Source: Phyllobates terribilis
Lineage: Eukaryota
Length of the DNA stretch: 64,000 bases
NCBI RefSeq assembly: GCF_046119375.1
Contig: NW_027362763.1
Coordinates: 541,074,001 to 541,138,000 of the forward strand
Reading direction: 5' to 3'
Part shown: piece by piece, positions 48,822 to 61,185 of the stretch
How the letters are laid out: every line of letters starts with the position of its first letter
Numbering within the stretch: position 1 is the first letter of the stretch
Program-made: the position numbers and the translations under genes
Notes under the pieces: model-generated
Databases searched by the model: none
The model's input: only the letters and a program-made list of their open reading frames with translations
Told to the model about the DNA's origin: nothing

Positions 48822-50077
48822 CTATTAGTCCATCTATACTGACCTCCATCAGGTTGCAAATTGAATATAATTTTTTTCTGCATCTAGCTCTGAAAAAATA
48901 TTGGGCTTCTAGCTGTGTGTGGGACTTGTTCTATTAATCCATCTATACAGACCTCCATCAGGTTGCAAACTGAATATATTTTTTTCTGCATCTACCTCTG
49001 AAAAAATATTGGGCTTCTAGCTGTGTGTGGGACTTGTTCTATTAATCCATCTATACAGACCTCCATCAGGTTGCAAACTGAATATATTTTTTTCTGCATC
49101 TACCTCTGAAAAAATATTGGGCTTCTAGCTGTGTGTGGGACTTGTTCTATTAATCCATCTATACAGACCTCCATCAGGTTGCAAACTGAATATATTTTTT
49201 TCTGCATCTAGCTCTGAAAAAATATTGGGCTTCTAGATGTGTGTGGGACTTGTTCTATTAATCCATCTATACAGACCTCCATCAGGTTGCAAACTGAATA
49301 TATTTTTTTCTGCATCTACCTCTGAAAAAATATTGGGCTTCTAGCTGTGTGTGGGACTTGTTCTATTAATCCATCTATACAGACCTCCATCAGGTTGCAA
49401 ACTGAATATATTTTTTTCTGCATCTAGCTCTGAAAAAATATTGGGCTTCTAGCTGTGTGTGGGACTTGTTCTATTAATCCATCTATACAGACCTCCATCA
49501 GGTTGCAAACTGAATATATTTTTTTTCTGCATCTACCTCTGAAAAAATATTGGGCTTCTAGCTGTGTGTGGGACTTGTTGTATTCGTCCATCTATACTGA
49601 CCTCCATCAGGTTGCAAACTGAATATATTTTTTTCTGCATCTACCTCTGAAAAAATATTGGGCTTCTAGCTGTGTGTGGGACTTGTTCTATTAATCCATC
49701 TATACAGACCTCCATCAGGTTGCAAACTGAATATATTTTTTTCTGCATCTAGCTCTGAAAAAATATTGGGCTTCTAGCTGTGTGTGGGACTTGTTCTATT
49801 AATCCATCTATACAGACCTCCATCAGGTTGCAAACTGAATATATTTTTTTTCTGCACCTACCTCTGAAAAAATATTGGGCTTCTAGCTGTGTGTGGGACT
49901 TGTTGTATTAGTCCATCTATACTGACCTCCATCAGGTTGCAAACTGAATATATTTTTTTCTGCATCTACCTCTGAAAAAATATTGGGCTTCTAGCTGTGT
50001 GTGGGACTTGTTCTATTAATCCATCTATACAGACCTCCATCAGGTTGCAAATTGAATATAATTTTTTTCTGCATCTA
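48822..50077. repeat. 108-110-bp satellite array in hAT B (about 11.6 units)
   Basis: Same unit as 42215-44901, shorter and more homogeneous. Confidence 0.95.
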
Positions 50078-50193
50078 ACCCAGCCAATAGTTTTGGCCTA
50101 TTACCACAGTTTGGCCACTCAGCTCTGCTCGGTTCCCATCCATTGTTTTTTTGTGCAAACAACTCCAGAGTTGTGAATTAGTTAACCACCAAA

Positions 50194-53100
50194 ATGAGTG
50201 GAAAAAGGCCTGCTGCTGGTGGAAAGGGGAATAGGCGTGTTGGGAAGGGAAAAAAGGTTGTGTCCGTGGGGTAGGTGTTAAAGCAACAGTAACATCTGCA
50301 GAAGAAAGACCATCTTCCAGCCAAACTAAAATGTCTACTTCTTTTAGCGGACAATGTGAAAAGATCCCTTTCTTACGGCCACGCCAATCGCTACAAATTC
50401 CAGATGAGGCACAAAAACAGCAGGTGCTTCAATGGATATCAAGTGCTCCTTTAAGTGGGCTCTCCTCCACATCAACTTCAACATCACAAATACTCCAGTC
50501 CTCAAAGGTGTCACCCCAATCGCACTTGCTTCCTCACAGCTCCCAAATCTCCAGCTGCCCGTCTGAGTATGAGGTAGACAGATGGTTGAGTCTGCAGAGC
50601 TGTTTACTCATACTATAGCCTGGGAATCAGAGGTCGACTCCAGCGCTTCTGTGAATCCAGACGAGGAAATGAACTGCACTGATGCCCAGAATCTTTATGA
50701 GTCGGATCCAGGACCAGACGCAGAAGGTTCTGACCATAATGTAGACCCTCATTCCCAAACTGTAACTCCTGTTGGTGGAGACAATGAGGAAGACGATGAT
50801 AAGACTCAAATACCTGATTGGAGCGACAACTTTAGTTTTTTGTCAGGGCAGGAACAGGTTGGCTCTGAGGACGACGGGTGTGATAACGCACAGGGTGATG
50901 ATGATGAGGTCGGAGATCCCACTTACTGTCAACCCACAGTCAGCCAAGAGATGAGGTCAGCAGAGGAGGTGGAGGAAGATGCTAGTGACGACGAGGTCAG
51001 GTTGCGCCTTCCTGGACAGAGACGTAGTACTGGAAGCACGTCAACAACTGCATCCTCAAACACAACTCTGCCTCTCACCACAAGTCGTGGTGGCTCTTCA
51101 GGTCGCATGGGTGCTAAGCCTTGCATAGCCTGGGCATTTTTTCAGATCGATAAAGATGATGCAACTCGTGTTATCTGTAACATTTGTCAGCAAAAGCTAA
51201 GTAGAGGCCAAAAAATACATAGTTTGAGTACTTCATGCATGAACCGGCACATGGACATGATGCATAAGTTGCAGTGGGAAGCTCAGTGTGCTACAATGCG
51301 GCCTAGCCGGCCAGGCCAACCACCGTCTGCCATATCTTGTGCATCCGCGGCCTCTTCATCCTCTGTGACTGGGGGGACAGCAGTCACACCTGTTTTGGGG
51401 CGCAGACCTGCCACCTCTTTACCCGCAACAGCCAGCGTGATTGGCAGGTCATCATTTTCTTTGGAGGTGGTAACACCAGCTGGTGTTGAGCGCTGTCCGA
51501 CATCGATAGCACCACCTTTGGATCAAGGCAACCTAACATGTCCGCCTGCATCTTCCTCACAGACCGGCAGTTTGCCGGGGACACCCTTATCAACCCCGTC
51601 TAAGCACAATAGCCAGCCCTCGGTCCCTCAGATGTGGACAAGTAAAAGACCATTTCCTCCTAGCCATGAGAAAGCTAAGAGGTTGAATTTCACCATCTGC
51701 AAGCTCTTGGCTACAGAAATGCTGCCTTTCCGCCTGGTGGACACAGAGGATTTTTGAGACCTTATGTCCGTCGCAGTGCCCCAGTACCAGATAGCCCAGT
51801 TGGCACTACTTCTCAAAGAAAGGTGTGCCTGCGCTCCACCAGCATGTCGCACACAACATCACAGCTTCTTGAGAAACTCTGTGTGTGACAGGGTGCATTT
51901 CACCACAGACACTTGGACGAGTAGGCATGGACAGGGGCGTTACATGTCGCTGACTGGGCACTGGGTAACTATGGTGACAGCAGGACAAGGGGCTGCTGTC
52001 CAAGTCTTGCCGTCCCCACGAGTTGTGCGTCAATCCTCTTTATGTCAAAGTTCCTCCACTGCTTCTGCCTCCTCAACCTCCTCTCGGTCTTCCACCTGCA
52101 CCCAAAGCCTGTCTGGTCATGCCACAAGCTTTCTAACTGCGCAGAAGGGATCCTGCACACCTCCTTACTATGCTGGCAGTAGAGCTCAACGTCATCAGGC
52201 GGTTTTTACATTGAAATGTCTGGGAAATGTGAGTCACACAGCTGAGGAGTTGTGGTCAGCTCTGGAGAACCAATTTCATGAATGGTTGTCTCCACTGGAC
52301 CTGAAACCAGGGAAGGCCGTGTGCGACAATGCTGCAAACCTGGGTGCGGCCCTTCGCCGGGGCAATGTCACACACGTGCCTTGTATGGCTCACGTGTTGA
52401 ACCTGGTTGTCCAGCAATTTTTAGCCCACTATCCCAGACTAGATGGCCTTCTGCAGAGGGCACGGTCGCTGTGTGCTCACTTCCGCCGTTCGCATCCCGC
52501 AGCTCAGCGACTTACATCTCTACAGAAGTCGTTGGGCCTGCCACTTCACCGGCTAAAATGCGATGTGCCTACCCGGTGGAATTCAACTCTGCACATGTTG
52601 CAGCGACTGTGGCAGCACCGACAAGCCCTGGTGCAATACGTTCTGACGTATAGCCTGGGCCAACGAGATTCAGAGGTGGGGCAAATCACGCTGGAGGAGT
52701 GGTCTCAGATCAGGGACCTATGCACCCTTCTGCACAGTTTTGAAATGGCGACGAAGATGTTTAGTGCTGACGATGCCATTATCAGCATGACTATTCCGGT
52801 GATTTACATGCTGGAGCACATGTTAAACAGAATTCGGAGTCAGGTGGTGGCACAAGTGGAGGTGGAGGAAGTAGAGGAGGAGGAGTTGTATGCGGAAGGG
52901 CTAACATCTGCAAGGTCCAGACGGTCGGCAGCACCAAGGCGGCAGGCATGTGAGGGTGGGGGAGATGGTTTTACCAGGGCGCATGGTAGCAGCCAAACTA
53001 GTGAGGAAGGTGCAGGAGCCCAGGAAGAAGTGGAGGACGAACTGATGGAAGACTCATCAGATGAGGGAGACCTTGATCACATTTCTGTTGTGCGAGGTTG

Positions 53101-53893
53101 GGGGGAGAGGACAGAGGAAGGAAGCATGATTGTTACCTCGCCACCAACACAACAGGGACTTGGTGCTCCTGGATGCGCAACACACATGAGTGCCTTCTTG
53201 CTGCACTACCTGCAACATGACCCTCGAATTGTGAGAATTGGAAATAATCCTGACTACTGGGTTGCCACACTGTTAGATCCCCGGTACAAAAGTAAATTTG
53301 CAGAAATTATTCCTGCCATAGAAAGGGATGCACGCATGCAGGAGTATCAGCAGAGACTGTTGCAGAATCTTACATGTGCTTTTCCACAAAATACCAGTGG
53401 TGCACGTAGTGAATCTCACAGTTCCAACTTGCCAACCGTGGGACCGTCAAGTGTTCAGCACTCAAACCGTAACAGAACCACAGTATCTGCTGGTAACATA
53501 AATTTTGCGGAATCATTTCACCACTTTTTTAGCCCATCCTTTGCAAGGCCACAGGAGACAAGAAGTCTGACACATAGTCAACGCCTAGATACGATGGTAC
53601 AGGAGTATCTCCAAGTAAACATTGAAGCCACGACTGTGTCACTGGACCCTTGCTCTTTTTGGGCTTCCAATCTGGATAAATGGCCGGAGCTAGCCACTTA
53701 CGCCTTGGAGATCTTGTCATGCCCCGCAGCCAGCGTTCTGTCTGAACGTTTGTTCAGCGCTGCTGGTGGTGTGCTGACAGATAAGCGCACGCGGCTCTCC
53801 ACTGATAATGTAGACAGACTCACGTTCATAAAGATGAACAAATCATGGATCCGAAACGACTTTTCTACCCCTGTGTCATCCTGGGGAGAGTAA
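50194..53893 (+). pseudogene. hAT B transposase (frameshifts and a stop in the 5' half, open from about 51870 to the end)
   Basis: ORF pieces at 50331, 50582 and 51764; TGA at 51755-57 where A has CGA; C-terminal WPELA...CPAASVLSERLFSAAG dimerisation domain. Confidence 0.93.
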
Positions 53894-53934
53894 AAGCTTG
53901 ATGATTGGTTAAAATCACCCTACCAACCGTTTTA

Positions 53935-54205
53935 AGCTTTCAAATTACTAATCATGTTTATCTGTATCTTGGCTGGAAAATAATTTGGGCTTTGTAGCAG
54001 TGTGCAGCACTGAATCTATTAGGCCATCTATAATAAGCTCCACCAGATTTAAAATTACTAATCATGTTTATCTGTATCTTGACTGGAAAATAATTTGGGC
54101 TTTGTAGCAGTGTGCAGCACTGATCCTATTAGGCCATCTATACTAAAGCTTCACCAGATGTAAAATTAATAATAATTTTTAGCTGCATCTAGCCCGGAAA
54201 ATAAT
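53935..54205. repeat. Diverged 110-bp units downstream of the transposase (copy B)
   Basis: Period of 110 (53941/54051); shares CTATTAG.CCATCTATA and TAGCAGTGTG with the upstream satellite. Also at 59347-59617 in A. Confidence 0.8.
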
Positions 54206-54329
54206 TTTGGGGCTCCGAGATGCGCAAGACACATAAGTGCCTTCTTGCTGCACTACCTGCAGCATGACCCTCATATTGTCAGAATTCGAAGTCATCATGA
54301 CTACTGGGTTGCCACACTCTTAGATCCCC

Positions 54330-55703
54330 CAAACTTTTCGATCAACCTTTTCATTTTAATAAAGACCAAAAAAATGGTCATTTTTGAAATTATAAGCATT
54401 AGCAGGTTGTTAGAAACTGAAATCAAACAGTTTTCAACTCAAAACTTTATTCTAGGTGATGTTACATTTTCACATAGGACCCCTTGTTCGAAAGGAGCTT
54501 CTGAACTCTCTCGTCCATTGAATTTGTCAGGTTTTGGATGGTTTCTGCTTCAATTGTTTTGCATGAGGACAGAATACCCTCCCAGAGCTGTTGCTTAAAT
54601 GTGAACTGCCTCCCGCCATCATAGACACTTCTTTTAATGATGCTCCAAAGGTTCTGAATGGGGTACAGGTCAGGGGAGCATGGGGGTCACACCATAAGTT
54701 TGTCCCCTTTTATGCCCATATCAGCCAGAGATGCAGATGTTTTATGTGCAGCATGAGATGGTGCATTATCATGCAGAAAAATGATCTTGCTGTGAAATAC
54801 ACGGTTCTTCTTCTTGAACCATGGCAGGAAGTGCTGTTTGAGAAAATCCACATACATTATGGAGTTCATCTTTAGCGCCTTCAGGGATCCTAAAGGGGCC
54901 GACAATCTCTCTCCCCATGATTCCAGCCCAAAACATTACTCCACCTCCTCCTTGTTGGCGCTGTAGCCGTGTTTGCGTGGGGTGTCCATCAACCAGCCAT
55001 CCTCCACTCCATCCATCTGGACCATCGAGCGCTGCACGGCACTCATCCGTGAACAAAACAGTTTTGAAATCAGTCTTCATGTAATGTTTGGCCCACTGGA
55101 GCCGTATCTGCTTGTGTGAAGTGGATAGAGGAGGTCGACAGGATGGCGTATGCACAGCTGCAAACCTCTGAAGGACCCTGCATCTTGTTGTTCGGGGGAC
55201 GTTGGAGGCACAAGCAGCTTCAAAAACTTGTCTGCTGCTATGACAAGGCTTTTTTGCCGCTGCTCTTTCAACCTGACGTAATTGCCTGTAGGAAAGAGTC
55301 CTCAATTTGCCCTTATCAGCACGCACACGTGTGTACAGTGAATCAGCTACATACTTCTTGATTGCCAAGACACTTCATCCTGATCATCGCACAATGTTGA
55401 TTGTAGTCATGCCTTGACCTAAACACTCCACAATTTTTTGCTTCTCAGCAGCCGACACATCCTTTTTCTTTCCCATTTTGGCAGAAAATGTAGGCTGCTT
55501 AATAATGTGAGACAACCTTCTTAAGTAGTCTTGCCTTTCATTGGACACACCTGCCAAACTAATTAGCACAGGTGTCTGCAATTGCTTACAGTGATATAAA
55601 GAGCCCTGACACACATCACCATCAATGAGTTTAACTGACAAACAAACAAATTCTTCCCTTATCACTCCTAAACACTTTTTGCATAATAATTTGGAACGCA
55701 GTG
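54330..55703 (-). mobile_element. Tc1 element carried in hAT B (3' TIR lost; transposase pseudogene 54462-55476)
   Basis: 5' TIR CACTGCGTTCCAAATTATTATGC at a TA (55704-05); MGKKKDVSAAEK, FTDECR, LHDNAPSH, PCSPDL.PI.NLW; flanked by pieces of a partial hAT transposase duplicate (54209-54329, 55704-55774). Confidence 0.9.
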
Positions 55704-55774
55704 TACATGTGCTTTTCCACAAAACACCAGTGGTTCACGTAGTGAATCTTACAGTTCTAACTTGCCAACCGTGG

Positions 55775-57600
55775 TCTGTATGGAGTTGTTCAATAAAGGG
55801 CCCAAAATTAAGATAACATAGATGGGAGAGGTCTCTATGAATAGGAATTCCTAAGTATTTGATACCCTGTGAGGGCCAGGCAAAGGGAAAGTTGGACTGG
55901 ATGGAATCCTATATGGATTTGGGGAGGGAGACATCAAGGGCCTCAGACTTCGCTGCATTGATTTTAAAATTTGACCATGTAACAAAGTGATCTATTTCAG
56001 CCATAACAGAATGGATGGATATATGTGATTGAGTGATATATACTAGGACATCATCAGCAAATAGAGAGCACTTGTACTCGGTGCCTCCCACCTCAATCCA
56101 CCTAATATTGGGGTTATGGCGAATTGATGAGAGCAGGTGCTCCATCACTAGGATGTATAAGAGAGGGGACAGAGGACATCCCTGCCTTGTCCCATTGGTG
56201 ATTGTGAAAGGTGATAAAAATGTTCTGATGCACCCCCTGGGCCTTGGGACACCCGGAGCCGGACCCTTTTTGGTGGATGCTGGTGGTTGTAGTCTTCGTG
56301 GCGGCGACCCGGTTCCGTGGCTCAGGGTGGTCAAACCAGTGGCGGAACTATTTATGTGGTTTTGATGTTTAAATGTCCGACTACGCCACCCGTGGATTGT
56401 GGTCAGAGTGAACCGCCGATGCAGGGCAGACCGCTGAGGCTGGTGTTGTGGGTGCAGCAGAGCGCAGCATAACTCCCCAAGGGAGGAGTATAGCCTCAGG
56501 GCAGTGTATGCGGAGGATGGGGGTGATGGTGCAGGGCAGCAGCAGTAACGACACGGAGTCAGTGATGCAGTCCAGGGCCTTTACTCACAGTTCTTATTAC
56601 CCAGACCACGTCTGCAGGTAACGGCTGCCCACGTCGTACTGTGCTCACCAGGTGAGGGGCTCAGACAACTCCCAGATAACTTTGGAGCGCTTCACAGGAC
56701 CCCCTTTGTGTGTCCTTTGTCTGGCCTTTCTTACCAACCCTTCTGTCCGGCTGCCTCGGGCCTCCTCTTGGTAAACTTGGCGCCAGTTTCCCTGACCCTA
56801 TGTGGTGCCTTCCTAGCGGGTGTAGCGAGGGGCTGCGCCACATAAAATGTCACAGCCTCCGGTTTCTAGCTGAGGGTCATTTCCTGCCTCCACTAGTTTC
56901 GGGGACCGGTCTCCCCCTTTGGCCTGACCCCTCCACGCAGGTGGATTCGGGCGTGCGGTGGCGACTCGCCCGTCCTCACCCCTGGGATCCCTTCATTCCT
57001 CGTTCCTGGAGCCTTCTCCGCTCCTCTTCCTTCCTTCTCCCTCTTCCAGGCCTGGGCCTCTGTTACTAGGCCTGCCTCCGGAGCAGAGCTCATGCAGAGC
57101 CCCTGCTCCCTGCCACTTCTGCTCAGACTTCTCTGCACTGAACTAAGATGGTGCCCACCTTTTTTACTCCCTTCTCAATGCACCCAGGAACTGCTTCCTC
57201 CCTGCTCCTGCACTACAGGGTTCCCCTTCCTCAGTGTTCCCTCCCCCCACTCCAGCCAGGGACAGGGACTGTCGTGCCCATCTCAGAGGCATATTGGTCG
57301 CCCTGCCCCACGGCAATGTGGTGTAATGCATGCAGGTGTCGGGTCCTGATCCACACTCCATCCTTACCTGAGAGTGAGATATCACACCTCTGGGTGAGGT
57401 GCAATACCTCTGTAGCAACTGAGCCCTCAGGGTGCTACAGCTCCATTTATCTTCAGCCTAGGTGACGTATTGTGATACAGGGCCGTGATTTTGGCTATAA
57501 AAGGGTCCCCTAGACCCCTACCCCAAGCTTTTTAAGAGAATCATATATGGCGTGCCAGGAGACTCTATGGAATGCTTTCTCAGCATCCAACGAGAGTATC
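55775..57600 (-). pseudogene. Internal L1 ORF2 RT fragment (about 610 bp) split by a solo LTR (copy B)
   Basis: ILSLDAEKAF.RVSW at 57599-57555; after removing the LTR it reads INGT..SPFTITNGTRQGCPLSPLLY, LFADD, KYLGI. Confidence 0.88.
56226..57439. mobile_element. Solo LTR (1214 bp) within the L1 fragment (copy B)
   Basis: TG...CA ends (TGATGCACCC...GGGTGCTACA); 4-bp TSD GTTC/GCTC (perfect GTTC in copy A). Confidence 0.8.
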
Positions 57601-57710
57601 TAATTACAAATTTTTAACTGCATCTAGCCCAGGAAATACTTTGTGCCTAGTAGCAGTGTCTGCTAGTCAGCGGATTATCCCGGCTGTTAAGCAAGCTACA
57701 CCACCTGTAG

Positions 57711-57976
57711 TTTAGACACTTAATTTTTTCAAAGGAAATGCTTCGGGACCATGGGATACTCAGTGAAGAGCATCAGGAGGCACCCCAAGGCATAGGGGCT
57801 GGGACTGGCAGTAGGATGCCTTGCGGTGGACAGCCGAGCTCGATCCTTATAAAAGCTTTTTAACTGTAGCAGCTTTAGTGGACGCTACTGGAGCTGGAAT
57901 TACGCGGCTGCTGGCATGAGACTTGCCCTCCAATAGATCCTTGTAAATGGATTTAAAGTGTATTCATTCAAATTAG
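57711..57976 (-). rRNA. Diverged internal 18S rRNA fragment (non-functional) carried in hAT B
   Basis: Minus strand reads TTGGAGGGCAAGTCT..TGCCAGCAGCCGCG-TAATTCCAGCTCCA...AAAG.TGCT.CAGTTAAAAAGCT...TTTGAAAAAATTA, collinear with the universal SSU 530-loop and downstream V4 region (compared from recalled vertebrate 18S). Confidence 0.88.
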
Positions 57977-58489
57977 AGAGACAATTTAAATTAAAAAGCT
58001 TAGAGCTGCCTCCACCACAGGGGGGCTCGCTCGACCCACCAGCGGACAGGCACCAGTATTGGGAGAGGGGGGCTGGCCATCAGGGTTCACCGCGGCTCTG
58101 ACACAAACCCGGCGACACGGAGGTGGCACGGGCAGGAGCGGACTGGCCGTGTCGGCTTCTCACTTTTTGGATTTTAGAAGGGCATGACATGCCTATATCT
58201 GTGTCTCCCCCTCCTTTTACTCCTCCACCTCTTTTATTTTCGCATGACTATATGTACTTGTCACTTTTCCATGTGTTAGTTATGTCTTCTGAGCAGTTTG
58301 TCAGCTTTTGGACACCTTTGAAGGTGTTTTCTATGTGTTTCTATGTGTTTTTGTTTGCCTGCCATTGGTTTTAACGGTGTTCGAAGGTGTTCGACGAACA
58401 GTTCGACGAACAGTTCGGCGAACACACGGGTGTTCGACGAACCGAACCAAACTCGAACACAACGGGGGTGGCTCAACACTAACCTTGAT

Positions 58490-59305
58490 CACATTTCTAT
58501 TGTGTGAGGTTGGGGGGAGAGGACAGAGGAAGGAAGCATGATTGTTACCTCGCCACCAACACAACAGGGACTTGGTGCTCCTGGATGCGCAACACACATG
58601 AGTGCCTTCTTGCTGCACTACCTGCAACATGACCCTCGAATTGGGAGAATTAGAAATAATCCTGACTACTGGGTTGCCACACTGTTAGATCCCCGGTACA
58701 AAAGTAAATTTGCAGAAATTATTCCTGACATAGAAAGGGATGCACGCATGCAGGAGTATCAGCAGAGACTGTTGCAGAATCTTACATGTGCTTTTCCACA
58801 AAACACCAGTGGTGCACGTAGTGAATCTCACAGTTCCAACTTGCCAACCGTGGGACCGTCAAGTGTTCAGCACTCAAACCATAACAGAACCACAGTATCT
58901 GCTGGTAACATCAATTTTGCGCAATCATTTCACCACTTTTTTAGCCCATCCTTTGCAAGGCCACAGGAGACAAGAAGTCTGACACATAGTCAACGCCTAG
59001 AGACGATGGTACAGGAGTATCTCCAAGTAAACATTGAAGCCATGACTGTGTCACTGGACCCTTGCTCTTTTTGGGCTTCCAATCTGGATAAATGGCCGGA
59101 GCTAGCCACTTACGCCTTGGAGATCTTGTCATGCCCCGCAGCCAGCGTTCTGTCTGAACGTGTGTTCATCACTGCTGGTGGTGTGCTGACAGATAAGCGC
59201 ACGCGGCTCTCCACTGATAATGTAGACAGACTCACGTTCATAAAGATGAACAAATCATGGATACGAAACGACTTTTCTACCCATGTGTCATCCTGGGGAG
59301 AGTAA
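58490..59305 (+). pseudogene. hAT A transposase, 3' part
   Basis: 255-aa ORF nearly identical to the B C-terminus; 2886+816 bp = 1234 codons, so the ancestral protein was 1233 aa. Confidence 0.92.
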
Positions 59306-59740
59306 AAGATGGATGATTGGTTAAAATCACCCTACCAACCATTTTAAGCTTTCAAATTACTAATCATGTTTATCTGTATCTTGGCTGGAAAATAATTTGG
59401 GCTTTGTAGCAGTGTGCAGCACTGATTCTATTAGGCCATCTATAATAAGCTCCACCAGATTTAAAATTACTAATCATGTTTATCTGTATCTTGGCTGGAA
59501 AATAATTTGGGCTTTGTAGCAGTGTGCAGCACTGATCCTATTAGGCCATCTATACTAAGCTCCACCAGATTTAAAATTAATAATAATTTTTAGCTGCATC
59601 TAGCCCGGAAAATAATTTTGGGGCTCCGAGATGCGCAAGACACATAAGTGCCTTCTTGCTGCACTACCTGCAACATGACCCTCATATTGTCAGAATTCGA
59701 AGTAATCATGACTACTGGGTTGCCACACTCTTAGGTCCGC

Positions 59741-61114
59741 CAAACTTTTCGATCAACCTTTTCATTTTAATAAAGACCAAAAAAATGGTCATTTTTGAAA
59801 TTATAAGCATTAGCAGGTTATTAGAAACTGAAATCAAACAGTTTTCAACTCAAAACTTTATTCTAGGTGATGTTACATTTTCACATAGGACCCCTTGTTC
59901 GAAAGGAGCTTCTGAACTCTCTCGTCCATTGAATTTGTCAGGTTTTGGATGGTTTCTGCTTCAATTGTTTTGCATGAGGACAGAATACCCTCCCAGAGCT
60001 GTTGCTTAGATGTGAACTGCCTCCCGCCATCATAGACACTCCTTTTGATGATGCTCCAGAGGTTCTGAATGGGGTAGAGGTCAGGGGAGCATGGGGGTCA
60101 CACCATAAGTTTGTCCCCTTTTATGCCCATATCAGCCAGAGATGCAGATGTTTTATGTGCAGCATGAGATGGTGCATTATCATGCAAAAAAATGATCTTG
60201 CTGTGAAATACACGTTTCTTCTTCTTGAACCATGGCAGGAAGTGCTGTTTGAGAAAATCCACATACATTATGTAGTTCATCTTTAGCGCCTTCAGGGATC
60301 CTAAAGGGGCCGACAATCTCTCTCCCCATTATTCCAGTCCAAAACATTACTCCACCTCCTCCTTGTTGGCGCTGTAGCCGTGTTTGCGTGGGGTGTCCAT
60401 CAACCAGCCATCCTCCACTCCATGCATCTGGACCATCGAGCGCTGCACGGCACTCATCCGTGAACAAAACAGTTTTGAAATCAGTCTTCATGTAATGTTT
60501 GGCCCACTGGAGCCGTTTCTGCTTGTGTGAAGTGGATAGAGGAGGTTGACAGGATGGCGTATGCACAGCTGCAAACCTCTGAAGGACCCTGCATCTTGTT
60601 GTTCGGGGGACGTTGGAGGCACCAGCAGCTTCAAAAACTTGTCTGCTGCTATGACAAGGCTTTTTTGCCGCTGCTCTTTTAACCTGACGTAATTGCTTGT
60701 AGGAAAGAGTCCTCAATTTGCCCTTATCAGCACGCACACGTGTGTACTGTGAATCAGCTACATACTTCTTGATTTCCAAGACACTTCATCCTGATCATCG
60801 CACAATGTTGATTGTAGTCATGCCTTGACCTAAACACTCCACAATTTGTTGCTTCTCAGCAGCCGACACATCCTTTTTCTTTCCCATTTTGGCAGAAAAT
60901 GTAGGCTGCTTAATAATGTGAGACAGCCTTCTTAAGTAGTCTTGCCTTTCATTGGACACACCTGCCAAACTAATTAGCACAGGTGTCTGCAATTGCTTAC
61001 AGTGATATAAAGAGCCCTGACACACATCACCATCAATGAGTTTAACTGACAAACAAACAAATTCTTCTCTTATCACTCCTAAACACTTTTTGCATAATAA
61101 TTTGGAACACAGTG
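59741..61114 (-). mobile_element. Tc1 element carried in hAT A (transposase pseudogene 59873-60887)
   Basis: Copy of 54330-55703 at offset 5411. Confidence 0.9.
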
Positions 61115-61185
61115 TACATGTGCTTTTCCACAAAACACCAGTGGTTCACGTAGTGAATCTTACAGTTCTAACTTGCCAACCGTGG

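Larger units (their letters stand above)
47904..58481 (+). mobile_element. hAT copy B (10.6 kb), a complete sibling of A inserted into the A transposase
   Basis: Same TIRs; 8-bp TSD ACCTTGAT at 47896-47903 and 58482-58489; the A reading frame (GDLD|HISV) resumes after the TSD. Confidence 0.95.

Noticed and set aside
42215-50077. Regular arrays as possible CRISPR
   Set aside because: Contiguous 108-110-bp tandem units with no unique spacers; eukaryotic TE context and no cas genes.
56226-56240. Clustered differences at the solo-LTR left end between copies (TGATGCA vs TGACGTG)
   Set aside because: Explained by independent CpG deamination of an ancestral TGACGCG; no need to invoke separate insertions.
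57711-57976. Functional rRNA gene
   Set aside because: Only an internal ~265-bp piece with indels in universally conserved positions; no ITS, 5.8S or 28S nearby.
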